Below are positions 1 to 12,356 of a stretch of DNA of 64,000 bases, in pieces. The stretch is from Gracilinanus agilis (taxonomy: Eukaryota). Location of the stretch: assembly GCF_016433145.1 (NCBI RefSeq), contig NC_058134.1, positions 10,482,189 through 10,546,188 of the forward strand, in the 5' to 3' direction. The first letter of the stretch is position 1. Each line of letters begins with the position of its first letter. Both the position numbers and the translations under genes were made by a program. The notes beneath the pieces are model-generated. The model saw only the letters and a program-made list of their open reading frames with translations. It was not told the origin of the DNA and made no database searches.

Positions 1-319
1 TCAGGAACAGGTCCCGGAGCTGCTGATGACTCGATGGGTGCCCCAAACTTGCTCTATTTCTTTTTAGCTGGGTTCGGAGCTATAGGTGAGTGTGGAGGGG
101 GTGGGGGTGGGGCGGTTGCTCAGCTCGCGATTGAGTGAGTGAGAGCCCTTTTTAGCTTGGAAATGTCTCGATTCCACGTACCTTCCACGCTGTGCCCTGT
201 TGTGGGGTTCCTCCGTTCGTCTGGACTTGTTTTTATGTCCCCTTGAGGAGTTTTGTATGTTTCGGTCAGGAGAGGTTAAGAGCTGCTTCTTACTCTGCCG
301 CCATCTTAACCGGGAACCC
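1..319 (-). mobile_element. 5' UTR of a young, CpG-rich L1 (L1_Mdo/L1-1_MD-like); body continues left of the window
   Basis: Minus strand begins GGGTTCCCGGTTAAGATGGCGGCAGAGTAAGAAGCAGCTCTTAACC, a typical L1 start with an AAGATGGCGG YY1-like core. Many intact CpGs. A-rich target site (320-335) at the junction. Confidence 0.8.
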
Positions 320-930
320 TCAGCTTTTTTTTTTTGTAGTGACATAGAATTGGAAACTGAGGGGGAATGACTGAATAAGTTGTGATATATGGTGGTAATG
401 GAAAACTATTGTACCATAAGAAATGATGAACAGGATAAGTCTAGAAAAATCTGGAAAGGCATGTATGAATGTGTGCAAAGTGAAATGATCAGATCCAGGA
501 TAACAGTGTATATAGTAACAGAAATATTGTATGATGATAAACTGTGAAAGACTAAACAATTATCAGCAAAACAAGATTCCAAGATAACCCAAAGGGACTA
601 ATGATTACAGAAAAAAAATCTCTATCAACAGCCAAAGAACGAACTGTTAGAATCTTATTGCAGATCATAGCATGCTGTCCTTCACTTTATTTCATACAGG
701 AGGCTTTTTTATTACATATGTGATACGGGTCTTTAGTTATGATATGGGTAATATGGAAATGTATATTGTATGAAATCAGTGATATAACCTACATGAGACT
801 TTTCCCACCTTAGGGAGGGGGAAAAGGAGGGAGGGAGAGAATATGAATCACACAATGTCAGAAACCAATTGTCAAAAATATTTCTACATGTAATTGAAAA
901 CAAATTCAATTAAAAGGGGAAAAAAGCAAA
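320..930 (+). mobile_element. Old L1 3' end (ORF2 C-terminus plus 3' UTR), interrupted at its left by the young L1
   Basis: tttgtagtgacatagaattggaaactgagg reads FVVT*NWKLR, followed by decayed L1 C-terminal motifs. Similar to the L1 ends at 26440-27060 and 61480-61900. Confidence 0.7.
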
Positions 931-3000
931 GGATGAAGAAAATTTCCAGACATAAAAAACATTTGTTTTAAAAAAATAGAAAAAGAAACTCATATGTTAA
1001 TAGAGGATATAATACAGAAATAACTACAGAGAGAAGATAAATATGTTTGCATCTTTATACATATATACTCATATGTATGTAGAAATAAATATGTGTAACT
1101 AACTGACTTGGAATTTATCTTGTTGATGAAAGATGACATACATATGTACAAAAATACATACATGCATACATATGAAGGGAGGCTCTCTTTTAGCTTTGTG
1201 CTTTTCTCTCCAGCACTCTTTGTTGATTCTATTCCATCATGATCATGACACCATGACATAGTTCAAACATTTACAGTGTTGAATAAAAATGTTGTTTTTC
1301 CTGGTCCCCAGCTCACATGATCATTTTCATATACGTACACTTTTCTTCCCTCCTTCATATTCCTGGATGTTCTCAAACCTTTGAGTGTTAGTTCCATGCT
1401 CAGAGCACCAGAAAACCTGAGTGGCCAGTTTTCTCCAAACTTTACTGAAAAGCTTCCAAATGGACAAGTAACTGCTAATTTCAATCTAAGAATTCACTGA
1501 AGAAAAAGTTTTCGTAGTCAGATTCCCAGCCAGCTGTATGGTATGCTCCATTAATCTTTGGAGCTAGCTGTCACATCCATAGCCAGAAATGATAGGACAG
1601 GAAGGAAATGACTTTTCCATCATTTTCTTTTGGCTTCTAAATGAGAGGTCATTGAAGATCTAAGATTGGGTCATCTGGGTCTCAGATAGATAGTCTGACT
1701 TGAAAATGTCATTCTCTCCTCGTTTGTCACTGCCAATTCACACACTGAGTTTAGACTTGGAGTCATCTGGGTTGTTACTTAGCTCCTCTTCAGGTCTTAA
1801 AAAAATGGAACTGAATAAATGAAATTCACACATTATTAAGTACCTGCCATGTAGCCTGCTGTAATCCAGGAAGCATGATGAAGAAAAAAGTGCCCTAAAA
1901 TTTTGTATCAGATGACATGTTTTTACATTCTGACTGATACTTCCTAATCAACAGAAGCAGCTGGTAATACAATGGATAGAGCTCTGGTCCTGGGGTCAAG
2001 AAGATTTGAATTCAAATCTAGTCTCAAATGCTGACTAGTTGTCTGTGAATTTTCCTTTCTCTTCCATAGTTTATATTTGATCTGGAAGTTAGAACATGCA
2101 TGTACAGCAAATTGTGAAAGACATTTAATGTTTATGTGGGAAACTCCTTTCATCGCTGAAGATGACAACCTATCTCTGACTTAGGAGATGAATCATCAGG
2201 AGGATTTTGAGTCACATACAAGTTAGATAATTTATTTTTATTGTATGTTATGCTTCTCTTCCCTTCCCTATTCTCTCTGGGCTTGCTCATTCATCCAATC
2301 TGCAGCCATACCAGCAGTTTGGAATCTCAGAGGTATAGATTCTTCAGCTTTTTCTCAGAGTTCTAGGGACTGGGAGTAATAAGGGTAGTGAGGTGGCTAC
2401 TCTCCTATTATAAATTAGTTTACTTCAGTTTGCTCCTAACAAAAGTATTTGTGGAAAAGGCAAAGCTAGAACCACAACCACACAGCTTTCTCTCTCTTCC
2501 AAAAAACAAACAATCAACCAGAAGAAGCTGGAATCTATATTCCCACCAGCACTCAGCGTCCTTGGGGAAAATTCAGTATAATTTTAAAGAAGTATGGCAG
2601 TGTTTCATGTTGGTAAAGAACAGACATGACTAGGACATCACACTACTATGGAACTACGGACTTTAATGTCTTTTCTCAGGAACTGTCCTCACAAAATTGA
2701 TCAATATCAGCATAGTATTTGGTTGGGATGTTGGCTCCTTTGCTGAAATGGCTTCATCCTAGACCAAGCTACAAAGCTGGGATATGACAATGGAACTCCT
2801 CTGCTTGACTGGATTTAATTTGCTGTTAGGGTAGGTTGTACCACTGTTACAAGGTGGAGTAACTCCTCTACTGAACTGGACTCGCTTTTCTTCAAGCATA
2901 ATGTGGTATTCCTCCAAAAAGAGTAACGAACCTTAGCCTGGGAATTCCAGGAATTGCTCCAATTCTGCTCCCTAGAATCAGTGGGATTTCTGCCTCACCA

Positions 3001-3014
3001 GCAGTAGGTGGCAA
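3001..3014 (+). promoter_or_regulatory. Candidate CTCF core motif
   Basis: GCAGTAGGTGGCAA matches CCASYAGRKGGCRS at 12/14 positions, in sequence with no obvious repeat. Confidence 0.35.
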
Positions 3015-3636
3015 TGCAAAAATATTTAGCCTCTCTTTTGCCAACCCACTTTCTCAGGAAGCAAATGGAAGTGCAGGGAGTCACAGACTTTTCTTGGTAC
3101 TTTGAAGTCTTGTCTTAGACATTAATCTTGGTTTCATACTCTGTCCATTCAATGAAAGGTCTGAAAGTAGCTTATGATAATTTACCAGTACATTGTTGAA
3201 ACCTTATTTTTGTTGGCTGAGTCATAACCAGACAATTTATTTGTACAGAAATCACAAAATAGTTCGTAAAATAGTTCTGGAGTGCAAGATTCCCAATTGA
3301 TTAACTCCTGCTGACTTTATGAAAATGGACAAGAGAGTGCTAAGCACCAACAACACATTTCCCCAGATTAATTATTATTTTTGCTAGCAGGTTTCATAGT
3401 GGTTTTCTTCTTTTTTATGTTATGGAAATCTCACCACTTTTCCTTCATATTTTCCCCCTTTATTCAGCCAAATAGTCAGTCAGGTAGACATTACACTAGT
3501 GTCAGAAGCAAGATTAGAACCCATCTTTACCCAAATCCAAGTCTGTCACCATTTCCAACACACATCTCTACCCCTATAATATTATGTATACAAATAAATA
3601 AATACAAGTTTATTTGATAAAGAAATACATCAAAAC

Positions 3637-3841
3637 CAGTAATGGGCAAACTTTTTTAAAGAGGGGACCAAAGGAAAGGAAATGCTCCTCTGTCCCTCTG
3701 TTTCTAAGGCAACTCTTTTGAAATTTCATTATATTATATCCTACTCTTTGTATTCATCAAATTTGGAATAACGTTGCACCTTGGGATAGAACATTTCAGG
3801 GGGCCGCATCTGGCCTTCAGGCTGTAATTTGCCCATTCCTG
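3637..3841. mobile_element. Non-autonomous hAT/Charlie-type DNA transposon (MITE), 205 bp
   Basis: 16-bp TIRs CAGTAATGGGCAAACT and AATTTGCCCATTCCTG (14/16 complementary). 8-bp TSD ATCAAAAC (3629-3636) / ATCTAAAC (3842-3849). Confidence 0.85.
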
Positions 3842-5829
3842 ATCTAAACCACTGGGAGCATCATTCAAAGGTAAACCTTGAAAGAAGCTAAGGAAGTGTG
3901 AAGCATATTAGATATCATGGACAGGGTTAATGTAAGTCTTTATCTAAGTTCATCTTCAACTAGCACTATCTACACCATTTAAACTTTTGGAAGTATGTGT
4001 AAAGGTACACTGGCTTTTTTTTTGTCTTGGTTGCTTCCTGGATTGATTAGCACCAGTTGACAGCATAATATTGTCTCTTTGTTCCAGTCACTTGCTATTC
4101 TTTGTTTGTGTTAGTTATGCTCCCAAAGAACTCAATGATGCTACTATTGTAAGGATAGTTTATTAAGTCAATGTCAGTTCCAGTTTTCCATAGACCATCT
4201 AACTCTGTGACAATCTGAGTCCCAAACAGCATGCAAGTTTTGATTATTGGAATCTCAATATTTACAAGGACAGTCATTTGAGAAAAAGAACTGAGGCCAT
4301 CTTTAGAGAGTCACTGAAATGATCCTGTTCACATTACTTTCCGATTACTTCTTGTTTGACAAAGAAGTCAACCAAGTATCCACAGATGGTTTAAGTAGAT
4401 TTGATTATTTGACTTCCCTGGTCCTGGTTAAAATTGTAACAAAGAGGAAGAGAAATCTAAGAGATGTTTTGAAAGAAAAAAATGATAGGATGTAATGATA
4501 TATTAGATTAAAACAGAACTAGAAAGTATTGAGTTTGATTGATGATGCCATTGAAAGAAATGGAGAAGAGGGTGATAAAAATTAAACAAACAAAAATGTA
4601 TCTGACACTGGATAAGACTAAAGTTCATTTAATCTAATTCTCTCCTCTTACAGATAAGGAAACAGACCTGGAGATTTTAGGTGCCTTGACATCAGAACCA
4701 TCCTAGGGACAATTCTTTCTCATCTCATCTTCAACCTAGCCTTTTTTCCCCTGTCATGCAGCTGCTATATTTTCTCTTGTAAATTGAGCCACCAGATATT
4801 ATAAATATGAACAGTTAGGCCACTCCCTGGGACTATTTATCCCTACCTTATTTTTCATCATTTGGTCTGAGGAATGTAATCAAATCACCACTGTCATTGC
4901 CTCTGGAAAGGGCATGTCTTGTGAAATGTCTTCTTACATCACTCTCCATTTTTGTTACAAATCGTAACTCTTATTCTTAGACACCACAAAGACATATGTA
5001 TTTTCTTCCTCATGAAAACATTAGTTCCAAGAAGCCAGGAATCATCTTACAAAGATAAATAATAATAAATGCACTTCATTCATTCATTCATTCATTTATT
5101 CATATAGTTTGTAAACAATAGGGACAAAATCCAAACAAAAGTCTTTTAATTTCAGGTGAAAATTTTGGTTTCAAACATGTTGAGTTTGAAATGGAAATTG
5201 CAAATCCAAATGGATATTTATTATACCCAGAAGTAAGAAAGAAACATAACTGATAACTGGAGATAATGATCAATAATTTGTAGAGATTCTGCCTGAAATT
5301 CCTGCTTTGGGGTTACCTTATGTTTTGGAGCTGATAATGGAATGATATGAATGAATTTGACCTCAAAGAACAGTTCAATATGACCCTGATTCCTATGCTT
5401 TTGCCTACCTCAGATTAGTGACCAACAGGTGCTAAGAATTATACTTTGGGGGAGCATTTCTAAAGAATTTACTTATTTATTTTAGAAAAAAAAATTCCCA
5501 TGGCTACATTATTCATGTTCTTGCTCTCTCTCTCTCCCCCCACCCCCACCCCCCAGTATCCAACGCACATTTCCACTGGATTCTTCCTGTGTCATTGATC
5601 AAGACCTATTTCCATATTATTGATAATTGTCCTAGGGTGATCATTAAGAATCTACATCCTAATCTTGTTTGCATCAACCCATGTGTTCAAGCAGTTGTTT
5701 TTCTTCTCTGTTTCCATTCCTGTAGTTCTTCCTCTGAATGTGGGTAGCGTTCTTTTCCATAAATGCCTCAGAATTGTCCTGGGTCATTGCATTGCTGCTA
5801 GTACAGAAGTCCATTATATTCGATTTTAC

Positions 5830-8800
5830 TACAGTGTATCCATCTCTGTGTATAATGTTTTCCTTTCACTCTGCGTCAATTCCTGGAGGTCATTCCAGTT
5901 CACATGGAATTCCTCCAGTTCATTATTTCTTTAAACATAATAGTATTCCATCACCAGCATATACCACAATTTATTCAGTAATTCCCCAATTGAAGGGCAT
6001 ACCCTCGTTTTCCAGTTTTCTGCCACCACAAAAAGTGTGGCTATAAATTTGTGTACAGGTCTTTTTTTTCCCTATGATCACTTTAGTGGTACAAACCCAA
6101 CAATGGTATAGCTGGATCAAAGGGCAGGAATTCTTTTAGTGATCTTTGGGCATAGTTCCAAATTGCCATCCAGAATGGTTGGATCAATTCACAACTCCAC
6201 CAGCAATGCATTAATGTCCCAATTTTGCCACATCCCCTCCAATATTCATTACTTTCCCCTGCCATCATTTTAGCCAATCTTCTGGGTGTTATATGATACC
6301 TCAGAGTTGTTTTGATTTTCATTTCTCTAATTATTAGATATTTAGAACACTTTCTCATGTGCTTATTGATAGTTTTGATTTCTTTATCTGAAAATTGCCT
6401 ATTCCTGTCCCTTGCCCATTTATTGATTGGAGAATGGCTTGATTTTTTGTGCAATTGATTTATTTCCTTGTATATTTGAGTAATTAGACCTTTGTCAGAG
6501 TATTTTGATATAAACATTTTTTCCCAGTTTGTTGTTTCCCTTCTGATTTTGGTTGCATTGTTTTTGTTTGTTCAAAATCTTTTTAATTTAATGTAATAGA
6601 AATTATTTATTTTACATTTTTGTAATTTTTTCTCACTCTTGCTTGGTTTTAAAATCTTTCCTTTCCCAGAGATCTGACAAGTATACTATTCTGTGTTCAC
6701 CTAATTTTCTTAGTTTCCTTCTTTATATTCAAATCATTCACCCATTCTGAATTTATCTTGGTATAGGGTGTGAGATATTGATCTAAAACTAATCTATCCC
6801 ATATTGTTTTCCAATTTTCCCAACATTTTTTTTGTCAAATAGTGCATTTTTCTCCCAAAAGTTGGGCTCTTTGGGTTTATCATAGAATATCTTGCTGACA
6901 TCACTTACCCAAGTTTATTCCACTGATCCTCTCTTCTGTTTCTTAGCTAGTGCCATATTGTTTTGATGACCAATACTTTATAGTACAGCTTGAAATCTGG
7001 TACTACTAGACCACCTTCCTTCACTTTTTTTCATTATTTCCCTTGATATTTTTGATCTTTTGTTCTTCCAAATGAACTTGGTTATAATTTTTTTCTAATT
7101 CAATAAAAAAGTTTCTTGGTAGTTTGAAAGGTATGGCACTAAATAAGTAAATTAATTTGGGTAGAATGGTCATTTTTATTATGTTAGCTCATCCTACACC
7201 TGAGCAATCAGTGTTTTTCCAGTTGTTTAGATCTAGTTTTAATTGTTTGGAAAGTGTTTTGTAGTTGTGCTCATATAATTCCTGTGTTTGTTTTGGTAGA
7301 CAGATTCCTAAGTATTTTATATTGTCCAGGGTGATTTTAAATGGTGTTTCTCTTTCTGCCTCTTGTTGCTCTAATGTGTTGGAAATATATAGAAATGCCG
7401 ATGATTTATGTGCATTTATTTTTTATCCTGCAACTTTGCTAAAGTTGTTGATTATTTCTACTAGCTTTTTAGTTGATTCTCTAGGACTTTTTAAGTAGAC
7501 CATCACATCATCTGCAAAGAGTGATAGCTTAGTCTTCCCATTGCCTATTTTAATACCTTCAATTTCTTTTTCTTCTCTAATTGCTACTGTTAGTGTTTCT
7601 AGTACAATGTTAAATAACAGAGGTGATAATGGGCATCCTTCTTTCACTCATAATCTTATTGGGAAGGCTTCTAATTTATCCCCATTGCATATGATGCTTG
7701 TTGATGGTTTTAGATATATACTGTTTATTCTTTTTGGGAAAGGCCCTTCTATTTCTATACTTTCTAGTGTTTTCTGTAGGAATGGGTGTTATATTTTGCA
7801 AAGGCTTTTTCAGCATCTATTGAGATAATAATGTGGTTTTTGTTGGTTGGCTTGTTGATATAGTCAATCATGTGGATGGTTTTCCTAATACTGAACCATC
7901 CTTGCATTCCTCATATAAATACCACCGGATCATGATGGATAACGCTCCTGATCACTTGGAGGAGTCTTTTTTCTAGTATTCTATTTAAGACTTTTGCATC
8001 AGTGTTTATTAGGGAGATTGTTCTGTAATTTTCTTTCTCTGTTTTTGGTCTGCCGGGCTTTGGAATCAGTACCATATTTGTGTCATAAAAAGAATTTGGT
8101 AGGACTCTTTCTTTGCTTATTATGTCAAATAATTCGTGTAATATTGGGATTAGTTGTTCTTTGAATGTTTGATAGAATTCACTTGTGAATCCATCAAGCC
8201 CTGGTAATTTTTTCTTAGGGAGTTCTTTGATGGCTTGTTCAATTTCTTTTTCTGATATGGGATTATTTAAGTATTCTATTTCTTCTGCTGTTAACCTATG
8301 CAATTTATATTTTTGTAAATATTCATCCATATCACCTAGATTGCTATATTTATTGCAATATAATTGGGCAAAATAGTTTTTAATGATTGCCTTAATTTCC
8401 TCTTCATTAGAGGAGATGTCTCCCTTTTCATCTTTGATACTGTTAATTTGGTTTTCTTCTTTCCTTTTTTATTACATTTACCATTATTTTGTCTATTTTA
8501 TCTGTTTTTTCAAAATACCAGCTTCTAGTTTTATTTATTAATTCAATAGTTCTTTTACTTTTTATTTTATTAATTTCTCCTTTGATTTTTAGTATTTCTA
8601 ATTTTGTTTTCATTTGGGAATTTTTAATTTGTTCATTTTCTAGTTTTTTTAAGTTGCATGCCCAATTCATTAATCTCTGCCCTCCTTAATTTGTTAATAT
8701 ATGCACTCAGTGATATACATTTTCCCATTAAAACTGCTTTGGCTGCATCTCATAATTTTGGTAAGAAGTATCATCATTGTCATTGTCTTCAATGAAATTA

Positions 8801-9601
8801 TTAATTGTTTCTGTGATTTGTTCTTTCACTAACTTATTTTGGAGCATCATATTATTCAATTTCCAAATAATTTTTGGTTTGCCTCTCCATGTATTCTTAC
8901 TAATAACTATTTTTATTGAATTATGATCTGATGAGGTGGCATTTATTATTTCTGCTTTTTTGCATTTGTTTGCCATGTTTCTATGCCATAGTAAATGGTC
9001 TAGCTTTGTGAATGTCCCATGTGCTGCTGACACCTTTTTGTCCCTATTTCTTTTTCTCCATATATCTATTAACTCTAATTTTTCTAGAATTTCATTCACT
9101 TATCTTATCTCTTTCTTACTTATTTTTTGGTTTCATTTATCTAGATCTGATAGGGGAAGGTTGAGGTCCCCCACTAGTATAGTTTTGTAGTCTATTTCAT
9201 CCTTGAGTTCCACTAGCTTCTCCTTTAGAATTTTGGAAGCTATACCATTTGGTGTGCACATGTTGAGTACTGATATTTCTTCATCATTTATACTGCCTTT
9301 TATTAGTATGCAATTACTTTCCATATGTCTTTTAACCAGATCTACTTTTACTTTGGCTCTGTCAGACATCATGTTTGCAACTCCTGCCTTCTTTTTCTCA
9401 GTTGAAATATATAGTTGAAAAATATAGTTTTTGCTCCACCCTTTCATTTTTATTCTATGTATGTCTGCCTGTCTCATGTGTGTTTCTTGTAGACAACATA
9501 TGGTAGGATTTAATTGACTCTGATATGTGCTTCCATTTTATGGGAGAGTTCATCCCATTCACATTCAGAGTTATAATTATCAACTGTGTATTCCCAGATA
9601 T
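5830..9601 (-). pseudogene. Disrupted L1 ORF2 (endonuclease / reverse transcriptase)
   Basis: Several frame-broken ORF fragments (6083-6517, 7423-7647, 7911-8330, 8443-8670, 8728-9099, 9133-9477, 9455-9640) with L1 ORF2 motifs. Boundaries approximate. Confidence 0.9.
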
Positions 9602-10086
9602 TTTGATTCTTTCTTCTTGTCCTGCCCTTTCTTCTTTCACTATTTACTTCTATACCAGTGTTTTGTTTTCAATTAGTTGCCCTAATCCCCTCCCTTATTG
9701 TACTTCCTTTCTCCCCTCTCCCTTCTTATTCCCCTGTTATTCTTCTTTAGGGTCTTTTTAAGCTACCCCCCCACCCTCTCCCTTCCTAGTGTTGCTTCCC
9801 TCCCCACAAGTCTTTATGTTACCCTTCTACTTCTCTATAGGGCTTGAATCAATTCTCTGCCCTAATGGATCTGAGAATTCTTCCCTCTTTAAGTTGATTT
9901 CAATGTACTTAGGTATTAAATATTTCCTCTCTCCAACCTCTTTACCCTTCCACTGTATTGTTATTCTTCCCTGTTCACCCCATGTGCTTCTTTATGGAAT
10001 ATAAACTTACTCCATTTTGTTTGTTTTCCCAATTTTCTTAATATTACCTTGTTTTTCCCTCTAGTTTTGTATATATTTATACATAC

Positions 10087-10090
<4 letters not shown>

Positions 10091-10132
<42 letters not shown>

Positions 10133-10148
10133 ACACACATATATATAT
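10091..10148. repeat. (AC)n/(AT)n microsatellite in the L1 inter-ORF spacer
   Basis: Direct reading. Confidence 0.95.
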
Positions 10149-10329
10149 CTTGACATTTTATCCTGTATAATTTGTCACTGTTCCCTCTATGTAAACTTCT
10201 AGTTACCCTCTTGATAATAATTTTTAATACTTGACAATATCTTCTTTTCTTTTAGGGATACAAATCAATTGAACTTATTGGGTCCCTTAAAAAAAAGATT
10301 TTTTTATTCCCCCCCCACACACACTCTCT

Positions 10330-11347
10330 TGATTGTCTCATGGTGATTCTGTTGAGTTCTGTGTTTGGGCAGCAAACTCTCTGTTTAAGTCTGGTTTTTT
10401 CTTTATGAATGCTTGGAAGTCCTCAATTTTATTGAACAACCATACTTTCCCTGCAAAAATATAGTCAGTTTTGCTGGATAGTTGATTCTTGGTTGTAGGC
10501 CCAGATCTCCTGCTTTCCAGAATATTATGTTACATGCCTTCCAAACCTTCAATGTAGATGAAGCCAGATCCTGAGTTATCCTAACTGTGGTTCCCTGGTA
10601 TCTGAATGACTTTTTCTAGCAGCTTATAATATTTTCCCTTGGTCTGGTAGTTTTTTAATTTGGCTATAATATTCCTGGAAGTTGTCATTTGTGGATTAAG
10701 TATAGGAAGTGATCTATGGATTCTTTCAATTTCCACTTTCACCACTTGTTCGAGAATGTCAGGGCAATTTTCTTGGATCATTTCCTGTAGGAGGATGTCC
10801 AAACTTTTTCTTTTGTCATGATGTTCCAGTAAACCAATAACTCTTAAATTGTCTTTTCTAGCTCTGTTTTCCAGATCTTTGTGTCAATGAGGTGTTTCAT
10901 ATTCCTCTCAAATTTTTCATTTTTTAAATTTTGTTTTATATAATCTTGCTGCCTTGTGAAGTCATTTGCTTCTAGTTGTTGAGTTCTATTTTTTAAAGAC
11001 TGAATTTCATCCCTGACTTTTTGGTCATCCTCCTTCTGGTCTGATTTTCTTTGTAGATCATCTTTTGCCTTCTTTGCTTCATTTTCAAGCTTGGCAATTC
11101 TGGCTTTTAAGACTTTATTTTCTTGTTTTAGTTCATGTATTTCCTTTTTCAGATTGTCTTCAACCTCTCTTGATTGCTTTTTGAGTTCCTGAAGCTCTTA
11201 CGTTAATTGAATTTTGAGATCTTCCAAAGCTTGTGCCCAATTCGCTGGAACTTCTTCAACTTCTGCTATTTCATTTGCTTTCTTTTCACTTCCTTTAAAG
11301 GAGCTGTCAATTGTCATTTATTTTCTCTTTTTCTGTTGTTTACTGAT
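10330..11347 (-). pseudogene. Disrupted L1 ORF1
   Basis: Fragment 10581-10802 (QENCPDILEQ..VEIERIHRS). The start codon reads ATC (ATCAGTAAACAACAG) where the related copy at 34613 has ATGAGCAAACAGCAG. Confidence 0.85.
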
Positions 11348-12356
11348 ATTTTTTTCTTTTTTGTTCTGCTAGTTTAAGCAGATGGATTTAATAATCTTTC
11401 CCCAGCTGGCAATGGAGGTTTGTAGTTACTTTCTCTTCAGTGTATGGTGGAGGGCTGTTGGAGTTTCTCTGCCCTCTGAAGACTTCTTGTCTGTCCAATT
11501 GATGGGATCAAGCCTGTATTGATTGGATTAGTCTGTATTGCTTAATGTGCCCTGAGGCTAAAACCTTTAGAGGGGGGAAAAAAAGAAGTGGGGGGGGGGA
11601 AAAGATGGAGTGTTTTTGCTAAGCTGTTCAGCAGTAGTGTCCCCCTGTTCTGTGCTACTGTTAGAACTTGTTTTCTTTCCTCTTGAAGCGCTTTGTTCTC
11701 TATCTTGGTTTGATAAAGCTGGCAGTCTGAGGTTTGGCTCCATCTAAGCCACCTTCTTCAGAGCTTTTTTGTTTTGTTTCTTTGGCTTTCTCCTCCTGTC
11801 ACCTCCCAGGTGCCTCAACTCCCAGAGTCCAGGGCCAGCAAGGCCCTCTCTCCAGGCCAGTGTGCTCGCCTGTTCTGAGATTTCAGGGGCCACTGGAGAC
11901 TCCACACAGCTCTTGGGGGGAGGGGTCCTGGGATTCCCCTTCTATACCCTCAGACAGAACAGTTCAAGAATTCAAGCCTTTTTCTTGGTGTACATCTTTA
12001 GTTGTCCAGCAGTAGGATTCCCTCTGCTCTGTCCCGTTGTTAGATTTGGTCCTCTTTCTTCTCAAAGTTCATTGTTTTCTATTTCGGTGTGGAAAGAGTT
12101 CAGAGGTTTTAAGATTTGCTCCGTCTAAGCCACCATCTTCCCCCATTGCTAAAGTTTAAATTAATTGTTGTTACCCACAATTGGTCATGTGACCAACATG
12201 TTGATATTTTACTGTAAGAGCTGGGTAATATCAACATTGACATTCTTCCTGTAGGTGAAACAAGAAGGTATAATCAGTTGTAGCAAGGTGAGATGATGAC
12301 ATTCAGGTTTTCCTTGCAGTGGGGAGTAGAGGGGAAGACAGATGATTTTTATCAGA

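Larger units (their letters stand above)
5466..12143 (-). mobile_element. Full-length (~6.7 kb) degenerate L1, antisense to HDAC9
   Basis: 5' start GGGGAAGATGGTGGCTTAGACGG at 12143. ORF-track fragments match L1 ORF1 (DILEQVVKVEIERIHRS) and ORF2 endonuclease (NTQLIIITLNVNGMNSPIK), RT ([19 protein letters not shown]) and C-terminus (HCWW). A-rich tail near 5466-5490. Candidate TSD CATTTCTAAAG (5455-5465) / CATTGCTAAAG (12144-12154). Confidence 0.95.
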
